Below are positions 28,212 through 38,169 of a DNA stretch of 38,281 nt, one piece after another. Below the pieces are notes generated by a model. That model saw nothing but the letters and a program-made list of their open reading frames with translations, was not told the DNA's origin and did no database searches. Origin of the DNA: a virus; the UHGV virus genome UHGV-0173928, one strand, 5' to 3'. Each line of letters opens with the position of its first letter. Position 1 is the first letter of the stretch. The translations under genes were made by a program, and so were the position numbers.

Positions 28212-29096
28212 ATGCCGGAAGAAAGTAAAGGCTTCCTTAGCGTTGAAGAAGTTGCAGGAAATACAGGAGAAATCCACAGCCTGAAGCCCAATAACAACAG
28301 CACTATACAACCCATCGCTTTGTTGCGCTTAGGTGTGTTTGTGCCAACCTTAAAATCTACCAATGTGGCGCTACGTCGCGGATCGTCAGTTACAACAAAC
28401 ACAACGAACGCAACTGAAGAACTATCAAGCCTCAAAATTGTTGAGCAGGAAGGCTATGAGGGAATTGAAATTCATGGTCCACGCCTGGATATGGATACTG
28501 ATTTTAAGGTGTGGGTGGGCATAACCTCCGCGTTGTTTGACTACGCACCTGATGATGACGGCATAATCACCCTGCCATTCTCCGAGTTTGCCGATCGATG
28601 CGGCTATCCACGTAAGCGCCTTTCAAAGGCGTTCCGTAAAAGTATTGATGACTCTCTGACACGCATTCAGCAGACAGTTGTCAAATTCCGCTTCCCGGCG
28701 GCAAAAGGTCATCTCAATAACATTAACGTCAACTTGTTGGCATATAGCAGCCTGAATACCGAGCTTGATGTTATCGAGATCCAGCCGCAGAAACAGCTAT
28801 CTGAACTTTACTATGTTGACTATAAGCGAATCCTGAAGCTGAAGATGCTGGATAAACTAGGGCGCAAAGAGACGGCCAAGGTACTGTATACATTCTTTGA
28901 GGCTCTACCCGCCAACCCGGCACCTGTCAGCATTGAGCGCCTTAGAGCGAGGCTTAATCTCAAATCATCCGTTAGCGTGCAAAATAGCGTTATCAGAAAA
29001 GCCATGAAAGATTTGGAAGCTATTGAATATCTTAAATTTTCAGAGATAAAAAACGGCAGGAAAATCGGCTTCCAGATCCATAAGCGCAATCCATAA
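28212..29096 (+). CDS. repA: RepA replication initiator (P1 R-replicon / RepFIB-type family)
   Basis: Conserved GPRLDMDTDFK block and overall RepA-like organisation; flanked by iteron arrays on both sides; ORF track starts at 28176. Confidence 0.88.
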   Translation: MPEESKGFLSVEEVAGNTGEIHSLKPNNNSTIQPIALLRLGVFVPTLKSTNVALRRGSSVTTNTTNATEELSSLKIVEQEGYEGIEIHGPRLDMDTDFKVWVGITSALFDYAPDDDGIITLPFSEFADRCGYPRKRLSKAFRKSIDDSLTRIQQTVVKFRFPAAKGHLNNINVNLLAYSSLNTELDVIEIQPQKQLSELYYVDYKRILKLKMLDKLGRKETAKVLYTFFEALPANPAPVSIERLRARLNLKSSVSVQNSVIRKAMKDLEAIEYLKFSEIKNGRKIGFQIHKRNP

Positions 29097-29098
29097 TA

Positions 29099-29354
29099 TT
29101 GACTATATGCGATAGCGAGAAGTTGACTATAGGCGACATTCGTTGACGCTGGTGGATTTTTGCTGGCGTCAATATTCTGCAAGTCGCTATTGAGATGGCT
29201 TTTAGGGGCATTTCATCGCGTATAGTCAACGTTTCTCCCGACAATATCTTACATAGTCGATCTTTGGTGGAGTTAAATCGACTACAGTCAACTTTTGACT
29301 GTAGTCACATCGCGCATAGTCAACTATTCACATTAACCTTCGCGCATAGTCAAC
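29099..29354. repeat. incA-like copy-control iteron array in both orientations
   Basis: About nine TTGACTATAxGCGA-type repeats or their reverse complements (e.g. 29099, 29123, 29213, 29277, 29295, 29310, 29341). Confidence 0.7.
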
Positions 29355-29388
29355 ATTTGCTCGGTTCTCATCAAGCAGTGGTATTGAT

Positions 29389-30198
29389 ATGCAAGAAGAG
29401 AAACAACACTACCTCTACGTTCTGGTGCCAGAGAACGGAGATACTTTTAAAATCGGCATTTCATGTGGTCCATTGGCACGGTTTAAAGGGCTACAAGTGA
29501 GTCCCGATTTTGCGCTTTCACGGGTCTATCGTGGTACGCGTTTGGCAATGGTTAATCTTGAGCGGGCTTTACACGCAACCTTTTTCCCCTGGAATGCGCC
29601 GTGGGAGAAAAGCGCCGGTGGCGGGCATACTGAATGGTTTACACGAGAGTGTCTTGATAAGGTTTTGGCTCATATCGAATATCTAAATGATATGTGGGGA
29701 GGGATTCTCGAGCGCATTAAGTCGAATGATTTACTTCAGCGTCCAGTAGATGCTGCTTGCTCTTTCGAAAAAGAGCTGGATGTTACTTCTATCGTGACTT
29801 TCAAAGATGACGCAGGAATGAGGGACGTGGCTTATGTCTCCATATCTGGCTATGAACCGGACGCGATCCGCGCTCAATGTGAATTGCTGAAAGCAATGTT
29901 TATGCTTCGGACTAAATATCCCTGGGATACAGGGCGGGTGTGCTTCCCTATGGAAGAGTTAACCGCCACCATTGATTCCCAGCTTTACCACGATAATCCA
30001 GAGAAGTTTTTTAGCCTTTTAGCCGGTAATGGGCTTAACTGTGTGTCCGGGCTGGGGCGAAGTAGAATCCAACATGCCTCGCTCTTCGGTCCCTTCTTTT
30101 ACGATCGACACGGGTACTTTGAGGCTGAACTTCCGGCGCTTACGCGTGCTATAGATACTATCGATTTCGAACGATTATTCGCTGCTCTTAGCAAATAA
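29389..30198 (+). CDS. T5orf172 / GIY-YIG-like domain protein with unassigned C-terminal half
   Basis: N-terminus YLYVLVPENGDTFKIGIS...R...L...GHTEWF fits the T5orf172 (MUG113) pattern; followed by a clean terminator. Confidence 0.6.
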   Translation: MQEEKQHYLYVLVPENGDTFKIGISCGPLARFKGLQVSPDFALSRVYRGTRLAMVNLERALHATFFPWNAPWEKSAGGGHTEWFTRECLDKVLAHIEYLNDMWGGILERIKSNDLLQRPVDAACSFEKELDVTSIVTFKDDAGMRDVAYVSISGYEPDAIRAQCELLKAMFMLRTKYPWDTGRVCFPMEELTATIDSQLYHDNPEKFFSLLAGNGLNCVSGLGRSRIQHASLFGPFFYDRHGYFEAELPALTRAIDTIDFERLFAALSK

Positions 30199-30205
30199 CA
30201 CTGAT

Positions 30206-30227
30206 GCCCCTGAACGGGGCTTTTTTG
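30206..30227 (+). terminator. rho-independent terminator
   Basis: gcccc-tgaac-ggggc hairpin followed by TTTTTT. Confidence 0.6.
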
Positions 30228-30366
30228 TGCCCTCCTTGTAACTCTCAATCGTGCAAAATGAACCAAACATGCAGAGAATGCTATGTACAAGCATCTACGC
30301 ATACATTATTATTTTATGCAGCATTTTTAATTAAATTCAAAAATACAGCATAAAGGATGACTTTCG

Positions 30367-31563
30367 ATGAGTGATTCCAGCCAGCTTCACAAGGTTGCTC
30401 AAAGAGCAAATAGAATGCTCAATGTTCTGACTGAACAAGTACAGTTGCAAAAGGATGAGCTACACGCGAACGAGTTTTACCAAGTCTATGCGAAAGCGGC
30501 ACTGGCAAAATTGCCTCTACTGACTCGTGCGAACGTTGACTATGCCGTAAGTGAAATGGAAGAAAAGGGTTATGTTTTCGATAAACGCCCTGCTGGCTCT
30601 TCAATGAAATATGCGATGTCAATTCAGAACATCATTGACATATATGAACATCGCGGAGTGCCAAAATACCGGGATCGCTACAGCGAAGCGTATGTGATTT
30701 TCATCTCCAATCTTAAAGGCGGTGTGTCAAAAACTGTATCGACGGTTTCTCTGGCGCATGCAATGCGTGCTCATCCTCATCTTCTGATGGAAGATTTAAG
30801 GATTCTGGTTATTGACCTTGATCCGCAATCTTCAGCAACGATGTTTTTAAGCCATAAACACTCTATTGGTATCGTAAACGCAACATCTGCACAGGCTATG
30901 TTGCAGAATGTAAGCCGTGAAGAGCTGTTAGAGGAGTTTATTGTTCCTTCTGTTGTACCTGGGGTTGACGTTATGCCTGCGTCGATTGACGATGCCTTTA
31001 TTGCATCCGATTGGAGAGAGCTGTGCAATGAGCATCTACCGGGTCAGAACATCCATGCAGTCCTGAAAGAAAATGTGATTGATAAGCTGAAGAGCGATTA
31101 TGACTTTATCCTCGTTGATAGTGGTCCTCACCTTGACGCCTTCCTGAAAAATGCTTTGGCCTCGGCCAATATACTGTTTACACCTCTGCCGCCTGCAACG
31201 GTTGATTTCCACTCATCGCTTAAATACGTTGCCCGCCTTCCTGAGTTGGTGAAACTCATTTCGGATGAAGGCTGCGAGTGTCAGCTTGCAACTAACATTG
31301 GTTTTATGTCCAAGTTGAGTAACAAGGCAGACCATAAGTATTGCCATAGCCTGGCTAAAGAAGTGTTCGGTGGGGATATGCTTGATGTTGTCCTCCCTCG
31401 CCTTGACGGTTTTGAACGCTGCGGCGAGTCTTTTGACACTGTTATTTCAGCTAACCCGGCAACGTATGTTGGTAGTGCTGATGCATTGAAGAACGCGCGA
31501 ATTGCTGCGGAAGATTTTGCTAAAGCAGTTTTTGACCGTATTGAATTTATCAGATCTAACTGA
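30367..31563 (+). CDS. parA: ParA partition ATPase
   Basis: 398 aa; Walker A KGGVSKT; recognised as the P1 ParA family. Confidence 0.95.
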   Translation: MSDSSQLHKVAQRANRMLNVLTEQVQLQKDELHANEFYQVYAKAALAKLPLLTRANVDYAVSEMEEKGYVFDKRPAGSSMKYAMSIQNIIDIYEHRGVPKYRDRYSEAYVIFISNLKGGVSKTVSTVSLAHAMRAHPHLLMEDLRILVIDLDPQSSATMFLSHKHSIGIVNATSAQAMLQNVSREELLEEFIVPSVVPGVDVMPASIDDAFIASDWRELCNEHLPGQNIHAVLKENVIDKLKSDYDFILVDSGPHLDAFLKNALASANILFTPLPPATVDFHSSLKYVARLPELVKLISDEGCECQLATNIGFMSKLSNKADHKYCHSLAKEVFGGDMLDVVLPRLDGFERCGESFDTVISANPATYVGSADALKNARIAAEDFAKAVFDRIEFIRSN

Positions 31564-31579
31564 GGAGTAAGAAACCCCC

Positions 31580-32581
31580 ATGTCAAAGAAAAACAGACCA
31601 ACAATTGGGCGAACCCTTAATCCTTCAATATTAAGCGGATTTGATAGTTCTTCAGCCTCTGGCGATCGAGTCGAGCAGGTATTCAAGTTATCAACTGGTC
31701 GCCAGGCCACATTTATTGAAGAGGTAATACCTCCGAACCAGGTAGAAAGCGATACCTTTGTTGATCAGCATAACAACGGGCGTGACCAGGCATCTCTTAC
31801 GCCAAAATCATTAAAAAGTATCCGAAGCACTATTAAGCATCAGCAATTTTACCCTGCAATAGGTGTTAGACGGGCTACAGGGAAAATTGAAATTTTGGAT
31901 GGTTCCCGGCGTCGAGCTTCTGCCATCTTAGAGAACGTAGGGTTGCGGGTTTTAGTCACGGACCAGGAGATCAGCGTTCAGGAAGCGCAAAATTTAGCGA
32001 AAGACGTTCAGACAGCATTGCAGCACAGCATTCGAGAAATAGGTCTGCGTTTGATGCGAATGAAAAATGATGGGATGAGTCAGAAGGATATTGCAGCCAA
32101 AGAAGGGCTGTCTCAGGCGAAGGTCACGCGTGCTCTCCAGGCAGCGAGTGCTCCGGAAGAATTAGTCGCCCTTTTCCCTGTGCAGTCGGAATTAACCTTT
32201 TCGGACTACAAAACGCTTTGTGCTGTTGGCGACGAAATGGGGAACAAGAATTTAGAGTTTGATCAGCTTATTCAAAACATATCCCCGGAAATAAACGACA
32301 TCTTATCCATTGAAGAAATGGCCGAAGATGAAGTTAAAAATAAAATCCTGCGCTTGATAACAAAGGAAGCCTCACTACTCACGGATAAAGGTTCTAAAGA
32401 TAAGTCCGTAGTTACTGAATTATGGAAATTTGAGGACAAGGATCGCTTTGCAAGGAAGCGCGTGAAAGGCCGTGCATTTTCTTATGAGTTTAATCGACTT
32501 TCAAAAGAGCTACAGGAAGAACTCGACAGGATGATTGGGCATATCCTTAGAAAGAGCCTCGATAAAAAGCCGAAGCCTTAA
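31580..32581 (+). CDS. parB: ParB partition protein
   Basis: 333 aa; follows parA and precedes parS as in P1. Confidence 0.95.
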   Translation: MSKKNRPTIGRTLNPSILSGFDSSSASGDRVEQVFKLSTGRQATFIEEVIPPNQVESDTFVDQHNNGRDQASLTPKSLKSIRSTIKHQQFYPAIGVRRATGKIEILDGSRRRASAILENVGLRVLVTDQEISVQEAQNLAKDVQTALQHSIREIGLRLMRMKNDGMSQKDIAAKEGLSQAKVTRALQAASAPEELVALFPVQSELTFSDYKTLCAVGDEMGNKNLEFDQLIQNISPEINDILSIEEMAEDEVKNKILRLITKEASLLTDKGSKDKSVVTELWKFEDKDRFARKRVKGRAFSYEFNRLSKELQEELDRMIGHILRKSLDKKPKP

Positions 32582-32585
32582 ACTT

Positions 32586-32668
32586 TCGCCATTCAAATTT
32601 CACTATTAAACTACTGTTTTTAAAGTAAATCCCTCTAAAATTTCAAGGTGAAATCGCCACGATTTCAC
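32586..32668. other. parS centromere (ParB box A/B motifs)
   Basis: TCGCCA and ATTTCAC boxes, an A/T-rich bend region, then ATTTCAAGGTGAAATCGCCACGATTTCAC. Confidence 0.8.
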
Positions 32669-32785
32669 CTTGGATTTTACCTTCCTCCCCTACTCCCGAA
32701 AAAAATAAAAAAATTGCTTGTCACGAGAAAGTCAACAAGTGACTTTCAATAAAATCTCTTCCGAAAAGGGATTCACACAAGTGCC

Positions 32786-34513
32786 TTGTGTTTAAGGAAG
32801 AGTAAATTGAGTAACTTACGCGAATACCAGAATCGTATTGCAGATATCGCAAAACGCTCTAAAGCTGTGCTTGGCTGGGCAAGCACTGCGCAGTTCGGTA
32901 CTGATAACCAATTCATTAAAGATGATGCCGCGCGTGCCGCATCTATCCTTGAAGCTGCACGTAAAGACCCGGTTTTTGCGGGTATCTCTGATAATGCCAC
33001 CGCTCAAATCGCTACAGCGTGGGCAAGTGCACTGGCTGACTACGCCGCAGCACATAAATCTATGCCGCGTCCGGAAATTCTGGCCTCCTGCCACCAGACG
33101 CTGGAAAACTGCCTGATTGAGTCCACCCGCAATAGCATGGATGCCACTAATAAAGCGATGCTGGAATCCGTCGCAGCAGAGATGATGAGCGTTTCTGACG
33201 GTGTTATGCGTCTGCCTTTATTCCTCGCGATGATCCTGCCTGTTCAGTTGGGGGCAGCTACCGCTGATGCGTGTACCTTCATTCCGGTTACGCGTGACCA
33301 GTCCGACATCTATGAAGTCTTTAACGTGGCAGGTTCCTCTTTTGGTTCTTATGCTGCTGGTGATGTTCTGGACATGCAATCCGTCGGTGTGTACAGCCAG
33401 TTACGTCGCCGCTATGTGCTGGTGGCAAGCTCCGATGGCACCAGCAAAACCGCAACCTTCAAGATGGAAGACTTCGAAGGCCAGAATGTACCAATCCGAA
33501 AAGGTCGCACTAACATCTACGTTAACCGTATTAAGTCTGTTGTTGATAACGGTTCCGGCAGCCTACTTCACTCGTTTACTAATGCTGCTGGTGAGCAAAT
33601 CACTGTTACCTGCTCTCTGAACTACAACATTGGTCAGATTGCCCTGTCGTTCTCCAAAGCGCCGGATAAAGGCACTGAGATCGCAATTGAGACGGAAATC
33701 AATATTGAAGCCGCTCCTGAGCTGATCCCGCTGATCAACCACGAAATGAAGAAATACACCCTGTTCCCAAGTCAGTTCGTTATCGCGGCTGAGCACACGG
33801 TACAGGCGGCGTATGAAGCACAGCGTGAATTTGGTCTGGACCTGGGTTCCCTACAGTTCCGCACCCTGAAGGAATACCTGTCTCATGAACAGGATATGCT
33901 GCGTCTTCGCATCATGATCTGGCGCACTCTTGCGACCGACACCTTTGACATCGCTCTGCCGGTTAACCAGTCCTTTGATGTATGGGCAACCATCATTCGT
34001 GGCAAATTCCAGACTGTATATCGCGACATTATTGAGCGCGTTAAATCTTCTGGTGCGATGGGGATGTTTGCTGGTGCTGATGCAGCATCTTTCTTCAAAC
34101 AGTTGCCGAAGGATTTCTTCCAGCCAGCCGAAGACTATATCCAGACTCCGTATGTTCACTACATCGGTACCCTGTTCGGTAACGTGAAAGTGTACGAAGT
34201 ACCTGCTGGTATTTGTAAGAACTTAACGACAGAGAACATTCAGTTCAGCTCGATGGATGTGCTGTGCTACGTCCGTGATGAAAATCCGGGTAAAGCAGGC
34301 TTCGTGACTGGTGATGCTGTCCCGGCCATCCCGTTCCAGCATCCGACCACTCCGGCGCTGGTCAACCGTACCACGCTGTGGGGTTCGGCTATCAACGATA
34401 TGCACCCACGCAACGGCGCTGATTACTTCACTCGTGTAACGCTGACAATGGCCAAAAAAGGCGGGCTTAACTTCATTAGCGGCGACACGATTGATGCCGG
34501 TGACTCTGAGTAA
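32786..34513 (+). CDS. major capsid protein precursor (P1 gp23-like); start may be the TTG at 32807
   Basis: 575-aa ORF directly after parS, matching the P1 parS-23-22-21 arrangement; AAGGAAGAG RBS before 32807. Confidence 0.6.
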   Translation: MCLRKSKLSNLREYQNRIADIAKRSKAVLGWASTAQFGTDNQFIKDDAARAASILEAARKDPVFAGISDNATAQIATAWASALADYAAAHKSMPRPEILASCHQTLENCLIESTRNSMDATNKAMLESVAAEMMSVSDGVMRLPLFLAMILPVQLGAATADACTFIPVTRDQSDIYEVFNVAGSSFGSYAAGDVLDMQSVGVYSQLRRRYVLVASSDGTSKTATFKMEDFEGQNVPIRKGRTNIYVNRIKSVVDNGSGSLLHSFTNAAGEQITVTCSLNYNIGQIALSFSKAPDKGTEIAIETEINIEAAPELIPLINHEMKKYTLFPSQFVIAAEHTVQAAYEAQREFGLDLGSLQFRTLKEYLSHEQDMLRLRIMIWRTLATDTFDIALPVNQSFDVWATIIRGKFQTVYRDIIERVKSSGAMGMFAGADAASFFKQLPKDFFQPAEDYIQTPYVHYIGTLFGNVKVYEVPAGICKNLTTENIQFSSMDVLCYVRDENPGKAGFVTGDAVPAIPFQHPTTPALVNRTTLWGSAINDMHPRNGADYFTRVTLTMAKKGGLNFISGDTIDAGDSE

Positions 34514-34573
34514 TCAGGGGAAGTTCTCCGTTTAACATAGCGCCCCCGTGCGGGGCGCATAACAGGGAAAGTT

Positions 34574-36163
34574 ATGTCTCAATATTCAATTCAACAGTCA
34601 TTAGGTAATGCATCCGGCGTCGCGGTTAGCCCGATCAATGCTGATGCGACGTTATCTACCGGTGTTGCATTAAATAGCAGCTTGTGGGCTGGTATTGGCG
34701 TATTTGCGCGTGGCAAGCCGTTTACTGTTCTTGCGGTTACTGAGTCCAATTACGAAGATGTTCTCGGCGAACCGCTGAAGCCGTCTTCCGGCTCACAGTT
34801 CGAACCAATTCGCCATGTATACGAAGCTATTCAGCAAACGTCTGGTTATGTTGTTCGCGCTGTTCCGGATGATGCGAAGTTCCCGATTATTATGTTCGAT
34901 GAATCAGGCGAACCGGCTTACAGTGCGTTGCCATACGGTTCTGAAATTGAACTTGATAGTGGCGAAGCCTTTGCTATCTACGTTGATGATGGTGATCCGT
35001 GTATTTCACCTACCCGTGAGTTAACCATCGAAACGGCAACAGCGGACAGCGCGGGTAATGAACGCTTCCTCTTAAAACTGACCCAGACGACTTCGCTCGG
35101 CGTGGTAACGACCCTGGAGACACACACTGTGTCTTTGGCGGAAGAAGCGAAAGATGACATGGGCCGCTTGTGTTATCTGCCTACGGCTCTGGAAGCCCGT
35201 TCTAAATATCTGCGCGCGGTTGTTAATGAAGAGCTGATTTCGACAGCGAAAGTAACAAACAAAAAATCGTTGGCGTTCACTGGCGGTACCAACGGCGATC
35301 AGTCGAAAATCTCAACCGCTGCGTACCTGCGTGCGGTTAAAGTGCTGAATAATGCGCCGTACATGTACACCGCTGTTCTTGGCTTGGGCTGCTATGACAA
35401 TGCGGCTATCACCGCATTAGGTAAAATCTGTGCAGATCGCCTGATTGATGGCTTCTTTGATGTCAAACCGACATTGACGTACACGGAAGCGATCTCTGCT
35501 GTTGAAGATACCGGTTTACTTGGTACCGATTATGTAAGCTGTGCTGTCTATCACTACCCGTTCTCCTGCAAAGACAAATGGACCCAATCCCGTGTGGTCT
35601 TTGGTCTGTCTGGCGTGGCGTATGCGGCGAAAGCTCGTGGCGTCAAGAAAAACTCTGATGTCGGCGGTTGGCATTACTCACCGGCTGGTGAAGAACGTGC
35701 CGTCATTGCTCGTGCGTCAATTCAACCGCTGTATCCGGAAGATACCCCGGACGAAGAAGCAATGGTCAAGGGCCGTCTCAATAAAGTATCTGTTGGCACC
35801 TCTGGCCAGATGATCATCGACGATGCTTTAACTTGCTGCACGCAGGATAACTATCTGCACTTCCAGCACGTCCCATCCCTGATGAATGCAATCAGCCGTT
35901 TCTTTGTCCAGTTAGCCCGACAGATGAAGCATAGCCCGGACGGTATTACTGCGGCTGGCCTGACTAAAGGGATGACCAAACTTTTAGATCGCTTTGTCGC
36001 CTCCGGCGCTCTGGTGGCTCCTCGTGATCCTGATGCTGACGGTACAGAACCGTATGTGCTGAAAGTTACGCAGGCGGAATTCGATAAATGGGAAGTAGTC
36101 TGGGCCTGCTGCCCGACTGGCGTAGCCCGTCGTATCCAGGGCGTACCGCTGCTTATTAAGTAA
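34574..36163 (+). CDS. contractile tail sheath protein (P1 gp22-like)
   Basis: 529-aa ORF second in the late operon; size and position match P1 gene 22. Confidence 0.6.
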   Translation: MSQYSIQQSLGNASGVAVSPINADATLSTGVALNSSLWAGIGVFARGKPFTVLAVTESNYEDVLGEPLKPSSGSQFEPIRHVYEAIQQTSGYVVRAVPDDAKFPIIMFDESGEPAYSALPYGSEIELDSGEAFAIYVDDGDPCISPTRELTIETATADSAGNERFLLKLTQTTSLGVVTTLETHTVSLAEEAKDDMGRLCYLPTALEARSKYLRAVVNEELISTAKVTNKKSLAFTGGTNGDQSKISTAAYLRAVKVLNNAPYMYTAVLGLGCYDNAAITALGKICADRLIDGFFDVKPTLTYTEAISAVEDTGLLGTDYVSCAVYHYPFSCKDKWTQSRVVFGLSGVAYAAKARGVKKNSDVGGWHYSPAGEERAVIARASIQPLYPEDTPDEEAMVKGRLNKVSVGTSGQMIIDDALTCCTQDNYLHFQHVPSLMNAISRFFVQLARQMKHSPDGITAAGLTKGMTKLLDRFVASGALVAPRDPDADGTEPYVLKVTQAEFDKWEVVWACCPTGVARRIQGVPLLIK

Positions 36164-36172
36164 GGGAATACA

Positions 36173-36988
36173 ATGAGCAAAAACTTTTTTCAATCCGGGG
36201 CATTTTTGGGGAATGGACTGTCCCGTTTCGCTTTGAACTCTGATCCTGTGCAGCTGATGGAGTCTGCCCGAGCAAGCGCCGAACCGCCAACAGATCCGGT
36301 TATTAATAATAATCCGGAACCGGCGGCACAGACTAACGATAACGTTCCATCTGACCCGGCTCCTGAGCAAATCCTGGAAGGGAAAGACGGTAAAGAATGG
36401 ACCGTCGAACAGGCGCACCAGATGATTCTGGAAGCCGCAAATCGAAGTGCTATGCAGAATGCGTTGAGTGATGCGGCCGACGCCGTTTTCGCCTGGGCTG
36501 ATAGCGGTGATCTGACTTTCGACTCCCTTGATGGTTTCGTTCAGGCTATCGCTGGTATCTCTGATGACGACGACTCCGAAGTTACAGAAGAACAGGACGA
36601 TGCCTATAACGAAGCATGGGCAAATGTTGCTGACTTCCTCGCAGCATGCGGTGTAGATGATGACCTGATCGAAGCACTGGCTGACGATGAAGACGACGAC
36701 GCAGCTGCTGATGTTGGTGCCTCTATCGCTGGTTTAGATAGCGACGACCGCGACGAACTGGAAGCGGCGTTTGTTGTTGCTGGCACTTCTGATGAAATGC
36801 TGACTGAAGCATTTAAGAAGGTTGTTCGTAACGGTGAGATCAAACTCATCCGTAAACGCCTGCGTAAAAAACGTCTGACTGCGGCTCAAAAATCGGCGCT
36901 GAAAAAAGCGCGTCGAAAAGCCCAGACCGGCGCGGCAAAACTTGCCCGCAAAAAGTCAATGAAACTGCGCCGTAAGCGCCTTGGCTAA
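36173..36988 (+). CDS. acidic protein with lysine/arginine-rich C-terminal tail (P1 gene 21 position)
   Basis: 271 aa; D/E-rich blocks (DDDDSEVTEEQDD, DDEDDDAAAD) followed by KRLRKKRLTAAQKSALKKARRKAQTGAAKLARKKSMKLRRKRLG. Confidence 0.5.
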   Translation: MSKNFFQSGAFLGNGLSRFALNSDPVQLMESARASAEPPTDPVINNNPEPAAQTNDNVPSDPAPEQILEGKDGKEWTVEQAHQMILEAANRSAMQNALSDAADAVFAWADSGDLTFDSLDGFVQAIAGISDDDDSEVTEEQDDAYNEAWANVADFLAACGVDDDLIEALADDEDDDAAADVGASIAGLDSDDRDELEAAFVVAGTSDEMLTEAFKKVVRNGEIKLIRKRLRKKRLTAAQKSALKKARRKAQTGAAKLARKKSMKLRRKRLG

Positions 36989-37023
36989 AGGAGGAGGCCG
37001 GAGAACTCCGGCCTTTAACTTGA

Positions 37024-37605
37024 ATGGCACCTATTCCTTATGGGGTTTACAGCCAGGCTGACGGTGTATCGCCATTTCTGAAAGTTACTTTAACGAACTC
37101 TCAGTACCAGGTTACCGGATATATCAGCCAGGGGGCGGCAATGAACATGGCCCAGAATTGGGAAGCGCCGTTTACCGGTATGTCCATGGGATCTGTTGCT
37201 GGTGCCTTCAGTGGTTTTGCGCAGGTTGGTACTGAAACAACGTCGGTTGCCCGTTGGAACAGCTTAATGGTTTGGGAAGGGGGAACACCGCCGACTTTCA
37301 CGCTGCCAGTAACTTTCATCGCTTTGTTTGACCCATTCACGGAGGTTTCAGGAGCTATCGCCGCATTGTCAGCGATGATTAGCCCGGAACTTAAAGATGC
37401 CAGTATTGGTGGTCGAATCCCGGAGCGCGTGACGCTAAACATTGGTCGCCGGATCAACATCATTGATGTCGCTATCCAGGACATAAGTTTCGATCTCGAT
37501 GCGCCCAGGGACAGCAATGGGCATTTCCTGAAAAACACCGTCAACCTCCAGTTGACCGGTTCTTCGATATATAACAGCTCCGATATTGTTCGGGCGTTCC
37601 AGTAA
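37024..37605 (+). CDS. putative virion structural protein
   Basis: 193-aa ORF with ATG in the late operon; no motif recognised. Confidence 0.45.
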   Translation: MAPIPYGVYSQADGVSPFLKVTLTNSQYQVTGYISQGAAMNMAQNWEAPFTGMSMGSVAGAFSGFAQVGTETTSVARWNSLMVWEGGTPPTFTLPVTFIALFDPFTEVSGAIAALSAMISPELKDASIGGRIPERVTLNIGRRINIIDVAIQDISFDLDAPRDSNGHFLKNTVNLQLTGSSIYNSSDIVRAFQ

Positions 37606-37616
37606 AAGGATTTTAT

Positions 37617-38126
37617 ATGGGGCACAATAACACTAAGGGAAACCGTAAATTTATTAAGGGCCGCTATACTGCCAACGCGGCCAAAGGCGAACGACTGGTA
37701 TCTTCTGAATTCCAGCTCACTTTTGCAGGCCATGAAGATATCAGCGTACTGGTTCGCACGTCGCAAATTCCTGAAATGACCCGCGAGGATGTGGAGGACT
37801 ATGGTCCGAATGGTGTGAAGTTCAACCAGCACGGTCCAATTCGAAACTCTGGGGAAATCCAGGTCCAGTGCGTGGAGACTATCGAAGGCGATATTCTTCA
37901 GTTCATTAAAGATCGCATTGCGGCGAAGGACTATGTTGATATCACGATGGCTGCGACCCCTGAATCCAAATCTTCCGGGGTTAACGCTGTGACTAAAGCT
38001 GCTACAACAATTGAAATGTTGGACTGCAAAATCTACAGTGATGCAATCGACTTTAGTACCGAAGATGTGACTGCCGCTGTGCGCCCGTCACTTCGTATCG
38101 TCTACAACTGGATTGAGTGGGATTAA
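37617..38126 (+). CDS. tail-tube-like / baseplate structural protein
   Basis: 169-aa ORF with GGA RBS; composition resembles small phage tube proteins; followed by a terminator. Confidence 0.45.
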   Translation: MGHNNTKGNRKFIKGRYTANAAKGERLVSSEFQLTFAGHEDISVLVRTSQIPEMTREDVEDYGPNGVKFNQHGPIRNSGEIQVQCVETIEGDILQFIKDRIAAKDYVDITMAATPESKSSGVNAVTKAATTIEMLDCKIYSDAIDFSTEDVTAAVRPSLRIVYNWIEWD

Positions 38127-38145
38127 GAGTCATCCCTTGTATTTT

Positions 38146-38169
38146 AAAGCTCCTTCGGGAGCTTTTTTA
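38146..38169 (+). terminator. rho-independent terminator
   Basis: agctcc-ttcg-ggagct hairpin followed by TTTTTT. Confidence 0.6.

Noticed and set aside
28031-29354. Regularly spaced direct repeats that could superficially resemble a CRISPR array
   Set aside because: Repeats are ~17 bp at ~21-bp spacing with essentially no unique spacers, occur in both orientations, and flank a RepA gene: they are replicon iterons, not CRISPR.
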